Made by a program: the position numbers and the translations under genes. Under the pieces are notes generated by a model that saw only the letters and a program-made list of their open reading frames with translations, did no database searches and was not told the DNA's origin. A stretch of 64,000 nucleotides of DNA from a virus. The stretch spans positions 1-64,000 of the IMG/VR virus record IMGVR_UViG_3300033562_000225; one strand, given 5' to 3'. Positions 16,411 through 25,480 of the stretch are shown here, piece by piece; within the stretch, counting starts at the first letter, position 1; each line of letters opens with the position of its first letter.

Positions 16411-17595
16411 CTACGGTTTCTTTATTTTAAACTCTCCTGCACTCACAGCCGATTGTATAGCATCCCATATCTCAGCATTACTAGACCTAGCCAGAGAAGG
16501 GACATTAAGCCTAAGCAACAAATAATCATACAAGGCTCCTAAATCATACTCTTCCATGAAACCATGATTTCTAAGCATGCTACCTAATCTATTCCTAACA
16601 GAAAACTTAGGATACCCATTGGGACAATCAGTGTTATCATAGGAAGCATCTTGGATAGGTGTCTTAACTACTTCAGTAAGCCTATCTCTGACCGATTTAT
16701 AGGCAGGAGTTTCAACACCTCCTACCCAAGGCTCTTTACCCAAATCATCTGAGAATTGTTGCCCCATACCCTTGGTAGGATTGCCTACACACATAGGATC
16801 AAAGGATTCTTCTGGTTTATTTGGGTACGTCTTCATAATATCAGTAAGAGCCCTTATACAAGCCATTCTGCTTGAGCACATATGATCTATCACCTCCCAT
16901 ACATCATCGGATATATCAGCAGTAATAGGTAACACCCCTTCACGGAATATATACTTACCCATCAACTCCATAACTAAGTTCTTGGGACAATCAGGATAAC
17001 CCTTATCAGACACAATGCTGTAAATAAAATCAAGATCTTTTTCGGTCACATGAGAAAGAAGAGATTCTTCAGCCATAGTAGCCGGTATGGGGTATTCAGC
17101 AGGTTTAACACACTCTTCAGGAGTTGTTGGTTTGGTATACTGCTTTACTTTGGGTTCGATTAGTTTCCAAAGGTCTTCATCCTTCTCTGGTATAGGGATG
17201 TTCTTTGATTCTAGAACGCTCTGAGCGTATAAGGCTATATCAGTGTACTCATCATCAGTTAATCTGTATCCTTTACTATACAACAAACGAAGTGTATACC
17301 CAACTAAGTACAAGGCAATACCATGAGGTTTAGAGGACGGTTTAGATGGTTCCTTGGTTAATACTTCGCCCGTATAAACTAGCATAAGTAGTTTGGCTAT
17401 AGCCAGCCCAACACATACCCAGGCAATCTTAAAACCACCCAGCAGTAATAATTTTACCAAATGCTCTATAGGACTTAGTATGTCGGTATGCCATCCATAA
17501 AGTACCTGAAATACTATAACGGAAATTATGCCTATCACACCTAAAGCGGATGCTAATACTAAAGCAGTCTTTACCCAAAACTTGAAAGTCTTCAT
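16411..17595 (-). CDS. membrane-anchored protein with three repeated D-x-x-W-x-x-I modules
   Basis: N-terminal TM segments (ALVLASALGVIGIISVIVFQVL, LLLGGFKIAWVCVGLAIAKLLMLVY). The modules are EDLWKLIE, SDDVWEVIDH and NAEIWDAIQS. Confidence 0.6.
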   Translation of the reverse strand: MKTFKFWVKTALVLASALGVIGIISVIVFQVLYGWHTDILSPIEHLVKLLLLGGFKIAWVCVGLAIAKLLMLVYTGEVLTKEPSKPSSKPHGIALYLVGYTLRLLYSKGYRLTDDEYTDIALYAQSVLESKNIPIPEKDEDLWKLIEPKVKQYTKPTTPEECVKPAEYPIPATMAEESLLSHVTEKDLDFIYSIVSDKGYPDCPKNLVMELMGKYIFREGVLPITADISDDVWEVIDHMCSSRMACIRALTDIMKTYPNKPEESFDPMCVGNPTKGMGQQFSDDLGKEPWVGGVETPAYKSVRDRLTEVVKTPIQDASYDNTDCPNGYPKFSVRNRLGSMLRNHGFMEEYDLGALYDYLLLRLNVPSLARSSNAEIWDAIQSAVSAGEFKIKKP

Positions 17596-17602
17596 CTTAT
17601 TA

Positions 17603-17914
17603 TTATTCTTTGTTAAATACGCTTTCGTTGAACTCCTTCAGTATGTCAGTCAAAGTAGGATGCTCAGTGATGGTAGAGAATACTTCACCGGTTTCCACAT
17701 TGTAAGGAATAGCCAGGATAGATGCTTCTTTACCTTTCTCCCATGAAAATATGGCTACAAAATCGTTATCCATACCCAAATTAGAGAAATCGGCTGACAG
17801 GAATAACTTATCGGCTCCAGCCGAAACAGCCTCTTTAGCCTTACTAAACAATTGATGTAGTCGCATCGAGGCAAGGGCCATTATGGTACTCTTACCGTCT
17901 ACCTCGTAATACAT
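17603..17914 (-). CDS. hypothetical protein
   Basis: ORF track. Tiling. Confidence 0.5.
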   Translation of the reverse strand: MYYEVDGKSTIMALASMRLHQLFSKAKEAVSAGADKLFLSADFSNLGMDNDFVAIFSWEKGKEASILAIPYNVETGEVFSTITEHPTLTDILKEFNESVFNKE

Positions 17915-18091
17915 ACTGTAAGGATAATGTCCCCAAACCTGATCATTCTCAATGAACTCAACTTTAATTAGGTCCTTTATAAACTCTTTTACTGTCTGCC
18001 TAAAATGTTTTGTTTTTATTTATGGCTAAATTAATACTATTCTTGATGTATTGGAGTTAACCACTTATAAATTGTTTTAACGTTTATAAAA

Positions 18092-18122
18092 CCAAAAAGA
18101 CCCTCTACTATAAGAGGGTCTT
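18092..18122 (-). terminator. intrinsic terminator after gene 18144..18437
   Basis: 9-bp stem aagaccctc / gagggtctt (18097-18105 / 18114-18122) with an 8-nt loop. T-run on the minus strand. Confidence 0.7.
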
Positions 18123-18143
18123 ACCTGAATAACAATTCGATGT

Positions 18144-18437
18144 TTATACTACTTCGTCTAGTCTGGCTAACAAGTTCTCGATTCTGGCTATAATATCCAC
18201 CTGATACTCTATCTTGCCCCTAAAATCTTCCAGAATATTACCAGGTACAAGCACTTTACCCGACTTAGAATCAGAGTCAGGTTCAATCTTACAGGAGTGA
18301 CCACATAAAGTCTGAGTTATCCTAGATAACCTCCCAATCACACTGTCAAGTTCTTCATTCCTTCTACTCAAATCACATAAAACACCTGATAACTCAGACA
18401 CCATTTTAGGGGGCCCAGCGCACATTGCACCATCCAT
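18144..18437 (-). CDS. hypothetical protein (coiled-coil-like)
   Basis: ORF track. Confidence 0.5.
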   Translation of the reverse strand: MDGAMCAGPPKMVSELSGVLCDLSRRNEELDSVIGRLSRITQTLCGHSCKIEPDSDSKSGKVLVPGNILEDFRGKIEYQVDIIARIENLLARLDEVV

Positions 18438-18439
18438 AA

Positions 18440-18628
18440 CTATTTTCGTTTTAAATAAGTGAATACTTTGAATAAGACAACAATGACTAATAAGCCTTTC
18501 AGCATATACAACCGGTCAAAGGTGTCAGACAAACGGAAAGGATTAAAATCCCACATTGCTAACGTGCAGCACAGGTACCAAACCACTAAGGCTTGAAATA
18601 ACCACAAATACTTTTTGTAGGTTTTCAT
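18440..18628 (-). CDS. small membrane protein (2 TM)
   Basis: Hydrophobic segments LWLFQALVVWYLCCTLAMW and LLVIVVLFKVF. Confidence 0.5.
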   Translation of the reverse strand: MKTYKKYLWLFQALVVWYLCCTLAMWDFNPFRLSDTFDRLYMLKGLLVIVVLFKVFTYLKRK

Positions 18629-18903
18629 TAGGATAGTCGTGTAAAGTTTCTCATAAAAGAGTTATTATCCATACTCCGAATAGTATCATTAATAGCTATT
18701 ACACCATTAGTACTAGGGCTATCAAGCATACACAAGTATATCTGATACGCATTCAATTCATCGAAGCACTTAGCGTTGGACTCGCTATTTACGTCGCAGA
18801 ACAGTTCAGCAATTTGCTTGAAGCATTCTTTCTTCGTGATAATGTGATTGGTCAGCATTTCGATTGAATCGGCCAACTGATCGAATTTGGTTCTTCCTCC
18901 CAT
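18628..18903 (-). CDS. hypothetical protein
   Basis: ORF track. 1-nt overlap with the downstream ORF. Confidence 0.5.
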   Translation of the reverse strand: MGGRTKFDQLADSIEMLTNHIITKKECFKQIAELFCDVNSESNAKCFDELNAYQIYLCMLDSPSTNGVIAINDTIRSMDNNSFMRNFTRLS

Positions 18904-18905
18904 GA

Positions 18906-19148
18906 TTAAACTTCTATAGGTTTTTCGGCAAACATTACGGATCCTAAATCTACTTCCCAGTCATCCATATCTAACTCGTCGTTGGCTTTGGCTAACTCTA
19001 TGAGAGCAAGCAGGGACACTACCATAGTCTTGGTGTCTGGGTAGGAATTTAGGATTTCATTCTTCTGTTTCTCAGTGTACTTAGAAACTACTTGGTGGAC
19101 AGACTCTAAGTCTTCGTTGTGGAATAGAATTAACTTGTCTTGTGGCAT
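18906..19148 (-). CDS. acidic hypothetical protein
   Basis: ORF track. Confidence 0.5.
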   Translation of the reverse strand: MPQDKLILFHNEDLESVHQVVSKYTEKQKNEILNSYPDTKTMVVSLLALIELAKANDELDMDDWEVDLGSVMFAEKPIEV

Positions 19149-19161
19149 AAGTATTATTCGG

Positions 19162-19548
19162 TTAAAATTTATTGTCTATATCCCTAACTATGTAACAGTT
19201 ATAATCATTATCAGAATCGAAGTTATGGCCTAAAGCCCTCTCACGCATACGGGATTTTTCCACCTCATTTTTAACAGGCCCTCTATAAAAAGTACTATAC
19301 CCTGGGGTTCCGTTAGGACTGATATAAAAGCAGTATCCTCTAGAACCTTTCCTATGTAAGGCAGGCAAAGTGATATGCATAAAACCCCACTTCTTGGTTC
19401 TTATAACGACTACCCAATACATAGCATTGCTCCCAAACACAGTTACAGGACCTATACTAATATGACCACCCATAAAATTCTCCCACCAATTAAAGGAGGA
19501 ATATTTAGCCTTAGGCCCTACAATCCAAAATAGTCTCATAATCTCCAA
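19162..19548 (-). CDS. hypothetical protein
   Basis: ORF track. Confidence 0.5.
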   Translation of the reverse strand: MEIMRLFWIVGPKAKYSSFNWWENFMGGHISIGPVTVFGSNAMYWVVVIRTKKWGFMHITLPALHRKGSRGYCFYISPNGTPGYSTFYRGPVKNEVEKSRMRERALGHNFDSDNDYNCYIVRDIDNKF

Positions 19549-19553
19549 AGTTT

Positions 19554-19841
19554 TTATTCGGTTAAAATAGTCAATCTAAGCATCATTTTAGCCTCTATAA
19601 GCGGGTCCCTTTCTAATCTAGTCCTACGATAATTCATTCGCATTATCTTATCTAAATTGGGTATGTGTGACACATATAGAGTATCTTCAACTAAGCCTAG
19701 TAATCTGTATTTATGCTTTCCTACTCTCACCACTGGTTTATAAGGAACGTAGGCAGCAACTAAGGCTAAATAGGTTTCCTTACATTCGGGTAGTAAAATA
19801 TCTTTCGGCATATCAGTATGATTGAATACAAATGTAAACAC
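19554..19841 (-). CDS. hypothetical protein
   Basis: ORF track. The track start is a GTG. ATG at 19811 (MPKDILLPE) is more likely. Confidence 0.45.
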   Translation of the reverse strand: MFTFVFNHTDMPKDILLPECKETYLALVAAYVPYKPVVRVGKHKYRLLGLVEDTLYVSHIPNLDKIMRMNYRRTRLERDPLIEAKMMLRLTILTE

Positions 19842-19881
19842 AATTAATTTAAGGCAGTATTAACTAAAGTTGTTTAACGTT

Positions 19882-19911
19882 AAAAAGCCTTAGAATATTC
19901 TAAGGCTTTTT
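19882..19911. terminator. bidirectional intrinsic terminator (perfect 30-nt palindrome)
   Basis: The sequence aaaaagccttagaat/attctaaggcttttt has an A5 arm and a T5 arm. Confidence 0.75.
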
Positions 19912-19918
19912 GGTATAA

Positions 19919-20098
19919 CTAAAGTTTGCTTGCATCCATTCCGGAGTCCATGGCTACCTTCATAAAGGCTATTTTGTAGTTGGGCCACTTACCTACAAAA
20001 AGTTTTACTAGATCGTATTCAAACTCTTTATAGCTAGAAATAGCGGTTTCTAGCCTACCGGAAAGGATTGTTTCTTGCTCTTTGTCGAACTCATTCAT
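19919..20098 (-). CDS. hypothetical protein (59 aa, below ORF-track cutoff)
   Basis: My own translation: MNEFDKEQETILSGRLETAISSYKEFEYDLVKLF... Followed by the palindromic terminator. Confidence 0.4.
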   Translation of the reverse strand: MNEFDKEQETILSGRLETAISSYKEFEYDLVKLFVGKWPNYKIAFMKVAMDSGMDASKL

Positions 20099-20114
20099 GG
20101 CTATGATTTAAAAT

Positions 20115-20291
20115 TTATTCTTCGTAACTATTACACTGCATGATTGGTGTTAGTACTCCAAGATCAGCACTGGTTTCAAATACTAAGTTCTTAGTATCAC
20201 AGTCAGAAAAGTTGTTACACGAAGCACAAATAGACTGTGTATTCTGTGCTTTTACCATTGAAGCCGAGGCGGGGATTATCTGTATCTCCAT
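20115..20291 (-). CDS. small Cys-containing protein (58 aa, below ORF-track cutoff)
   Basis: My own translation: MEIQIIPASASMVKAQNTQSICASCNNFSDCDTKN...QCNSYEE. Contains CxxC...C...C. Confidence 0.35.
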   Translation of the reverse strand: MEIQIIPASASMVKAQNTQSICASCNNFSDCDTKNLVFETSADLGVLTPIMQCNSYEE

Positions 20292-20303
20292 GATTGTATA
20301 GGA

Positions 20304-20579
20304 TTAGTCTTTGCAAGGTACTGGTTCAGCGGACAGGTCTAACGCCAAGGCCTCAGCAATGTCACTTAAATCCTCTAAGCTTTCAGCAGCGGATGGAGCC
20401 GGTTGTAAGGCCCTAACCAATTCTTTCAATGAAAACAGGTCAGAGAACATCGTAGCAGATTCCTCTAATGTAAAGGCTCCGGCTTTGGCTGCCTTATCCC
20501 CTAAGGCTTTTACACGTTCAATCATTGCGCTGTAACGCTCAATAGTTGACGTAAAGTCTGGTTCTTTTTGTTTATCCAT
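20304..20579 (-). CDS. hypothetical acidic protein, first gene of the early minus-strand region
   Basis: ORF track. Lies 20 nt downstream of a consensus promoter. Confidence 0.55.
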   Translation of the reverse strand: MDKQKEPDFTSTIERYSAMIERVKALGDKAAKAGAFTLEESATMFSDLFSLKELVRALQPAPSAAESLEDLSDIAEALALDLSAEPVPCKD

Positions 20580-20599
20580 GAGTAATAAATTAGTTTATA

Positions 20600-20631
20600 C
20601 AAATCTAATGATAAGTAAGTTACCCACCAAA
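20600..20631 (-). promoter_or_regulatory. Bacteroidota-type promoter (TTTG-N20-TAGATTTG)
   Basis: The plus strand shows caaatcta (20600-20607) and caaa (20628-20631) with a 20-nt spacer. It points into 20304..20579. Confidence 0.6.
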
Positions 20632-20687
20632 AATCTTAACTTTATTTAGTAATACTATATGTTTATAATAACTATATCAACATATAA

Positions 20688-21824
20688 CTAAAAAGATACC
20701 GACTTGGTGGCTATCAAATTACCCCCCCTACGTAAGTTTATGGTTACTCCTGTAGGAGTATCAAACGTAGGGACATTAGGATTTGAAGCCATAAATACGT
20801 AGTCTAATGTCCCTACGGAGAAAGTTTGATTCCCATAAGTCACATACGTAGTCCCTCCTGTAGGAAACTGATCCCCTGGTTTAATATAGGTATAAGTATA
20901 AACTACTTCTACATCGTAAGATCTAGTGCCATCTATGGTTGTGACATTAATAGTAGCATTTCGAGATAGACTATTATAAGTTAAGGAGTTGATTGTTACG
21001 TTAATAGGTGCAGGATGTATAACTATAGTTGTACTTGGTAGCGGGTGGTGTGAGCCTAAAATCCCCCTAAAAGAGGCATTAATGATATAAGTACCAACTC
21101 CAAATACCTTAGTATACATCCCATTTGGGGTAGACTGTATTACATCATCGATAGTTATATTCACAACCTGATCAGGGACAAATGAATAGTCTATCTGATA
21201 GTTGATGCTACTAGTACCCTCATCTAAGGTTAAATCTATACCATATGGGTAGTCTACTATTGCAGGTATGTAGTCTGGAGAATACCCCAAACAAGCCCCG
21301 GCGGAATATGGGGGAGCGGTTACGGGGCGATTAGGGGAATATCCATTTATTTGAGCATTTGAGAATATAGTAGCATAGTCATTACCACGACTCCTTAGAG
21401 TTGTTCTTAGCCTTTCTATAGGTAGTCTAGGGTTCCATAGGGATGGGGTATAATACATGGTAACGCCTCCCTCAAAGTTTCCTAGTGTGGGATGCGTAAT
21501 ATTAAGATTCAACGTAACTGTGCTTCTACCGCTTAAATCTTCAACATAGGTATTATACCGTGTACCAGCATCATCCTCAGCCGTACTAGTTGAGTGTATA
21601 TGTCTAGCCATACGTATAGGAATAGATGCAGCACTAGTCTCTGGTATACTAGTTAATACGGGAGACACCATAATCCAATCATGGAAATACTCACTAGATG
21701 ATCTAGCAGTATTGGCAACTAAAGTACCATCTATATATAAATCAAAATTAGAGGGTGTTAAAATAAAATCCTCTCCTCCAAAATAAATACGCTTAAAAGA
21801 TGATTTGGCTGTAATTGTTTTCAT
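20688..21824 (-). CDS. tail fibre/receptor-binding module protein (distal gene of fibre block)
   Basis: Called by position only: last gene of the fibre operon, beta-rich and S/T/N/Y-rich. No specific motif. Confidence 0.4.
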   Translation of the reverse strand: MKTITAKSSFKRIYFGGEDFILTPSNFDLYIDGTLVANTARSSSEYFHDWIMVSPVLTSIPETSAASIPIRMARHIHSTSTAEDDAGTRYNTYVEDLSGRSTVTLNLNITHPTLGNFEGGVTMYYTPSLWNPRLPIERLRTTLRSRGNDYATIFSNAQINGYSPNRPVTAPPYSAGACLGYSPDYIPAIVDYPYGIDLTLDEGTSSINYQIDYSFVPDQVVNITIDDVIQSTPNGMYTKVFGVGTYIINASFRGILGSHHPLPSTTIVIHPAPINVTINSLTYNSLSRNATINVTTIDGTRSYDVEVVYTYTYIKPGDQFPTGGTTYVTYGNQTFSVGTLDYVFMASNPNVPTFDTPTGVTINLRRGGNLIATKSVSF

Positions 21825-21830
21825 ATAAAC

Positions 21831-23282
21831 TTAAGTTAAGGGTTCATAAGCCACTACGTTATCTCTTACTTCCATCTTACCTGATTGAGATAATCTAAAT
21901 TCAAGAACGTTTGAGGTGTTGTAAAATTCAAGAGAATTACCTATACCTAATTGAGCAGTCCATTGAGTCACTCCGGTAGCGTCTGATATTTTAACTGTTC
22001 TTGATTTTAAATTATTAGCCATCCAATCTATAGTTAATTTATTTGAATTATATTGTGAGAATAATTCAATCCAAGATGTGCCAACTGCTGAACTTCTTAT
22101 AAATGCTTTATTGCTAGAATTTATTCTAAGTTGACTAATTGTCCCTCCACCATCAAGCATGGATAATACGCTACTATATTCGTAGTCTGGTACATGCACT
22201 CTATTGATATTATCAGTAAACCAAGGTATGTTTACAGGGTTTGAATCAACATTATTATATATACCACTTCGTCTTAGTGCTAAATTAGCTGAGTGTAATC
22301 CGTCCACTGTATCAGCATTGGCTACTGATTGACTACCTATATTCCCAGAATGTATAATATCATTTACGCCTATCTTGGGTGTGCCCGTAAAAACAGGATT
22401 ATTTATAGGCGATTTAGTACCAATTAAATTTGTTATGGTAGTGGCGAAATTAGGGTCGTTTCCCAGGGCTGTGGCGAGTTCGTTTAGAGCATTTAGATTC
22501 TCTGGGGCAGCACCTATAACATTTTGTGTTACCCATGATTGAGTAGCATATCCATCAAGACTAGGAATGCTAGTTTTAAGGGCAAATAAGTTATTAGATT
22601 CGGGCTTAGTATAGTAGTTAGTCAAGTCTACTTCATTAGCATAAGAAGGATCAATTTCAAGAATCCCATTATTTATGCGAATACCCTTGGTAAATACATT
22701 GGATACTCTTACCCCACCTACCTTATCTATGGTAGCATAAGGCATAGAATCCCATATAGATACTACTTGACCATTGGCGGCAAATGCTGTAATATTACCC
22801 GTAACTAGTAAGTTCCCTTCTATAGTTTGGGAGGCTTTACCTTTAGCATAAATGACTCTATCATTGTTATTGGTCCACTTGTTGGTTACTGAATCCCAGG
22901 CTAAAATATCATCGGCATGTATGGCCCCTAACGAGACATCTAGTAACTTGGATAGTTCGCTTACCCCTTGGCCCCCGCCTCCATTAAGGGCTACCTGGGA
23001 GTTTATCCATCGGGTACCGTCGAATGATAATATCTCGCCTCGTTTAGGATTTCTAATACCGGCATCCAAGGCCGACGATAGGTAGAATGAATCTTGTATA
23101 CTCTTAGCCAGTAAGGCTAGTTCGTTATCTGAGGTAAACCTACGCTCTGAAGTAGTCGAAATAGAAGCCGATGGATGGGCATTTAAGGCCTCTCTACCGC
23201 TTAAGTCATTATGAGACCACTCTGGTAAGTAGGCGGCCTGTACGTGTGGTGGAGGAGCTAAAAACAGGGTTACTTTTATCAT
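21831..23282 (-). CDS. tail fibre protein
   Basis: NLNALNELATALGNDPNFATTITNLIGTKSPINNPVFTGTPK is the classic phage tail-fibre repeat/collar motif. Confidence 0.7.
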   Translation of the reverse strand: MIKVTLFLAPPPHVQAAYLPEWSHNDLSGREALNAHPSASISTTSERRFTSDNELALLAKSIQDSFYLSSALDAGIRNPKRGEILSFDGTRWINSQVALNGGGGQGVSELSKLLDVSLGAIHADDILAWDSVTNKWTNNNDRVIYAKGKASQTIEGNLLVTGNITAFAANGQVVSIWDSMPYATIDKVGGVRVSNVFTKGIRINNGILEIDPSYANEVDLTNYYTKPESNNLFALKTSIPSLDGYATQSWVTQNVIGAAPENLNALNELATALGNDPNFATTITNLIGTKSPINNPVFTGTPKIGVNDIIHSGNIGSQSVANADTVDGLHSANLALRRSGIYNNVDSNPVNIPWFTDNINRVHVPDYEYSSVLSMLDGGGTISQLRINSSNKAFIRSSAVGTSWIELFSQYNSNKLTIDWMANNLKSRTVKISDATGVTQWTAQLGIGNSLEFYNTSNVLEFRLSQSGKMEVRDNVVAYEPLT

Positions 23283-23340
23283 GCTGTTTGGGGTAGAATA
23301 CTATCAGTAAAGATACTTAAAACTAGACTCATATACAAAC

Positions 23341-23369
23341 AAAAAACCTAGGAGTGATCCTAGGTTTTT
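23341..23369. terminator. bidirectional intrinsic terminator (A6-CCTAGG-loop-CCTAGG-T5)
   Basis: The sequence aaaaaacctagg agtgat cctaggttttt lies downstream of the HTH gene on the minus strand. Confidence 0.75.
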
Positions 23370-23510
23370 CCTACCGTGTTATAACTGGACGAGCAGCCGT
23401 GTATCGCACCCATTCTGTAATCGTTATCGCAAGGTAGGGAATATGTATGGCCAGGACTAATGAATATTACGTCTCTGTAATTAACTTAATACTAACTAGT
23501 TACTAAATAC

Positions 23511-23816
23511 TTACGTGCGTGGGTTTTCTATGAATATTTTTGCCTTATCCAAATCCCTTATTAGATACTCCTTTTCTTTAAATCCTAAGCGTTTTACTGG
23601 TTCAGGGACTACCTTTAACCTTCGTAGTTCCATTAATCTAGTCCTACTTACTTTTAGGTAGTGACAGGCTCCCATAGTCCCTACTGAAGGTGGTTGAATA
23701 ACCATGTCCGACACGGTAGCCGTCAACGAGGATAACTCTTCTGGGGATAGGTGATTGCACTTACCTTCGTCGATCATCTTAATGCCTAGGACTAGAAGAC
23801 TTCTTAAAAACTCCAT
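23511..23816 (-). CDS. small helix-turn-helix (excisionase/MerR-like) DNA-binding protein
   Basis: ACHYLKVSRTRLMELRRLKVVPEP resembles HTH_17/AlpA-type motifs. The likely true start is ATG 23777, 1 nt after the stop of the upstream membrane ORF. Confidence 0.5.
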   Translation of the reverse strand: MEFLRSLLVLGIKMIDEGKCNHLSPEELSSLTATVSDMVIQPPSVGTMGACHYLKVSRTRLMELRRLKVVPEPVKRLGFKEKEYLIRDLDKAKIFIENPRT

Positions 23817-24153
23817 AGTAGTAAAGTATAGTTGAGGTTACCAAAGATAGGATTGATAAGGCTAGTATCAATCTACAGTACCATAATTCGGATGATATAA
23901 GGCCTATATTTACATCATACCATTCTACTGATATAATCACCATCAAACCTATTAATAAGGATTTATGCCACCAGCAAAATCGCATAGAGAAGGATAATAG
24001 TAGCAGTACTGCATCTAGTATCAGAGAATGACCAACTAGAGGATACAGCCTATCGTATATAGGATATCCTGACAGGGTACAAATTATCCCAATAAGTATT
24101 GATAGCATCAGCACTATTGGGATAATTTTAATTGTTATTAGAGTCGCCCTCAT
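23779..24153 (-). CDS. integral membrane protein (about 4 TM)
   Basis: Four hydrophobic segments. Non-structural composition inside the fibre block. Confidence 0.55.
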   Translation of the reverse strand: MRATLITIKIIPIVLMLSILIGIICTLSGYPIYDRLYPLVGHSLILDAVLLLLSFSMRFCWWHKSLLIGLMVIISVEWYDVNIGLISSELWYCRLILALSILSLVTSTILYYYGVFKKSSSPRH

Positions 24154-24322
24154 GGCTAGGGATGAAGACCTCCCCCGGTCCTAATCTTCTTGATCTTCTT
24201 GGCAAATAATACTGATCTACCTGGTCTGCTCATAATCGTAATGATTTTGGTTAACAATTAATTTGAACCGTAAATTTACATATAATACCAAGTGAAACCT
24301 AGTTATTTAGTACTATTTAAAC

Positions 24323-24349
24323 AAAAAGCCCTAGGATAATTCCTAGGGC
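24323..24349 (-). terminator. intrinsic terminator after fibre gene 24373..25470
   Basis: Stem gccctagg (24328-24335) / cctagggc (24342-24349) with a 6-nt loop. T5 on the minus strand. Confidence 0.7.
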
Positions 24350-24372
24350 CCTCAGCATAGTAATGGCAAATA

Positions 24373-25470
24373 CTAGCAGAACTCTACTAAGATATACCCA
24401 GAACCTTGAGTAGAAGTACCCACAGATAGGAAGCCCTTAAACTGAGTGTCAGCAGATAGCACATCAAATACTACATCACCATAGATACCTGCCTTTTGGA
24501 TATTAAGACCGCTATCAGCAAGCAAACGATCGTTGTCTGCATCAGTACCCAAGTGTAGGGTGGCTGCGATGTCGTTAAAAGGAGTTATGATTTTAACAGT
24601 AGCCTCTTTAACATACTCACCAGCAGCAATAATATCACCTAACACAAAGCTGGCCCCTGACTGATAGTTGAAGGCCACTTTACGGCACTTATCACCGGCA
24701 TTGTGATCGGCAACTTCAGCAATCTTAGTCTCCAAAGATTGAAGAGCCCCTTTTACTGTAGAGGCATCTGGGATGATCTCACCTGCAAAAGCACCTAGGC
24801 TTGTTTCATTAGCAGCAACGCCCGACAGAGTAACCAGGTTGGCAATGTCACCTGCATGGTCAGCGAGGACATTATCCACTGAATCTAAAACAGCCTGTAC
24901 CTGAGTACCGCTAATCTCAGAGAAGTTGGTGTCAACTACCGTGATGTCAGCAGAGGCGTTGGATAGTCCAGCCACAGCCGTAGCAATCGCAGCCTTAACG
25001 GTTGGAGCGTCTGGAACATTACCAGCAATAGCATCGATGTTGGTAGTAACCTTGCTAGCATCTAACTTATTGCCTACGGCAACTACTAGAGCGTCATATA
25101 AGTCTTCGTGAGCCTCGGCCCAAGTAGCAATCTCGCCAAGAGTGTCTAGGGTCGAAGGAGCAGCATTGATCAGGGCAGCAACCTGAGCAGCAATAGCAGC
25201 CTTAACAGTAGGAGCATCGGCAATGTAGCCAGCAGTAGCCTCGATGTCTGTAACTACCTTGTTAGCGTCTAACTTGAGGTTGAGTTGTCCTAGGTTAACG
25301 GCATCGCCATCGTTGGCCCCGTTAGCAACTCTAAAAGTCGCTCTGGTCACCCCATCTTCTAGCAATACTTCAAAGTACCCACTAGCTGCAACTCCGTCAA
25401 TAATTAAACCATTCTTCCCGAACTCTACACGAGAATTGATACCGTTTAAGCCATAAATTTTCTGTTCCAT
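24373..25470 (-). CDS. tail fibre protein with internal repeats
   Basis: The module ...DAPTVKAAIA... is repeated, and APSTLDTLGEIATWAEAHEDLYDAL is fibre-repeat-like. The composition is Ala/Val-rich. Confidence 0.6.
   Translation of the reverse strand: MEQKIYGLNGINSRVEFGKNGLIIDGVAASGYFEVLLEDGVTRATFRVANGANDGDAVNLGQLNLKLDANKVVTDIEATAGYIADAPTVKAAIAAQVAALINAAPSTLDTLGEIATWAEAHEDLYDALVVAVGNKLDASKVTTNIDAIAGNVPDAPTVKAAIATAVAGLSNASADITVVDTNFSEISGTQVQAVLDSVDNVLADHAGDIANLVTLSGVAANETSLGAFAGEIIPDASTVKGALQSLETKIAEVADHNAGDKCRKVAFNYQSGASFVLGDIIAAGEYVKEATVKIITPFNDIAATLHLGTDADNDRLLADSGLNIQKAGIYGDVVFDVLSADTQFKGFLSVGTSTQGSGYILVEFC
24989..25275 (-). repeat. two 80-nt imperfect direct repeats inside the fibre gene
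   Basis: 24989-25068 and 25196-25275 align without gaps, with roughly three quarters of positions identical by eye. They encode KLDAxKVxTxIxAxAGxxxDAPTVKAAIA. Confidence 0.6.
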
Positions 25471-25480
25471 GATGAAAAAA

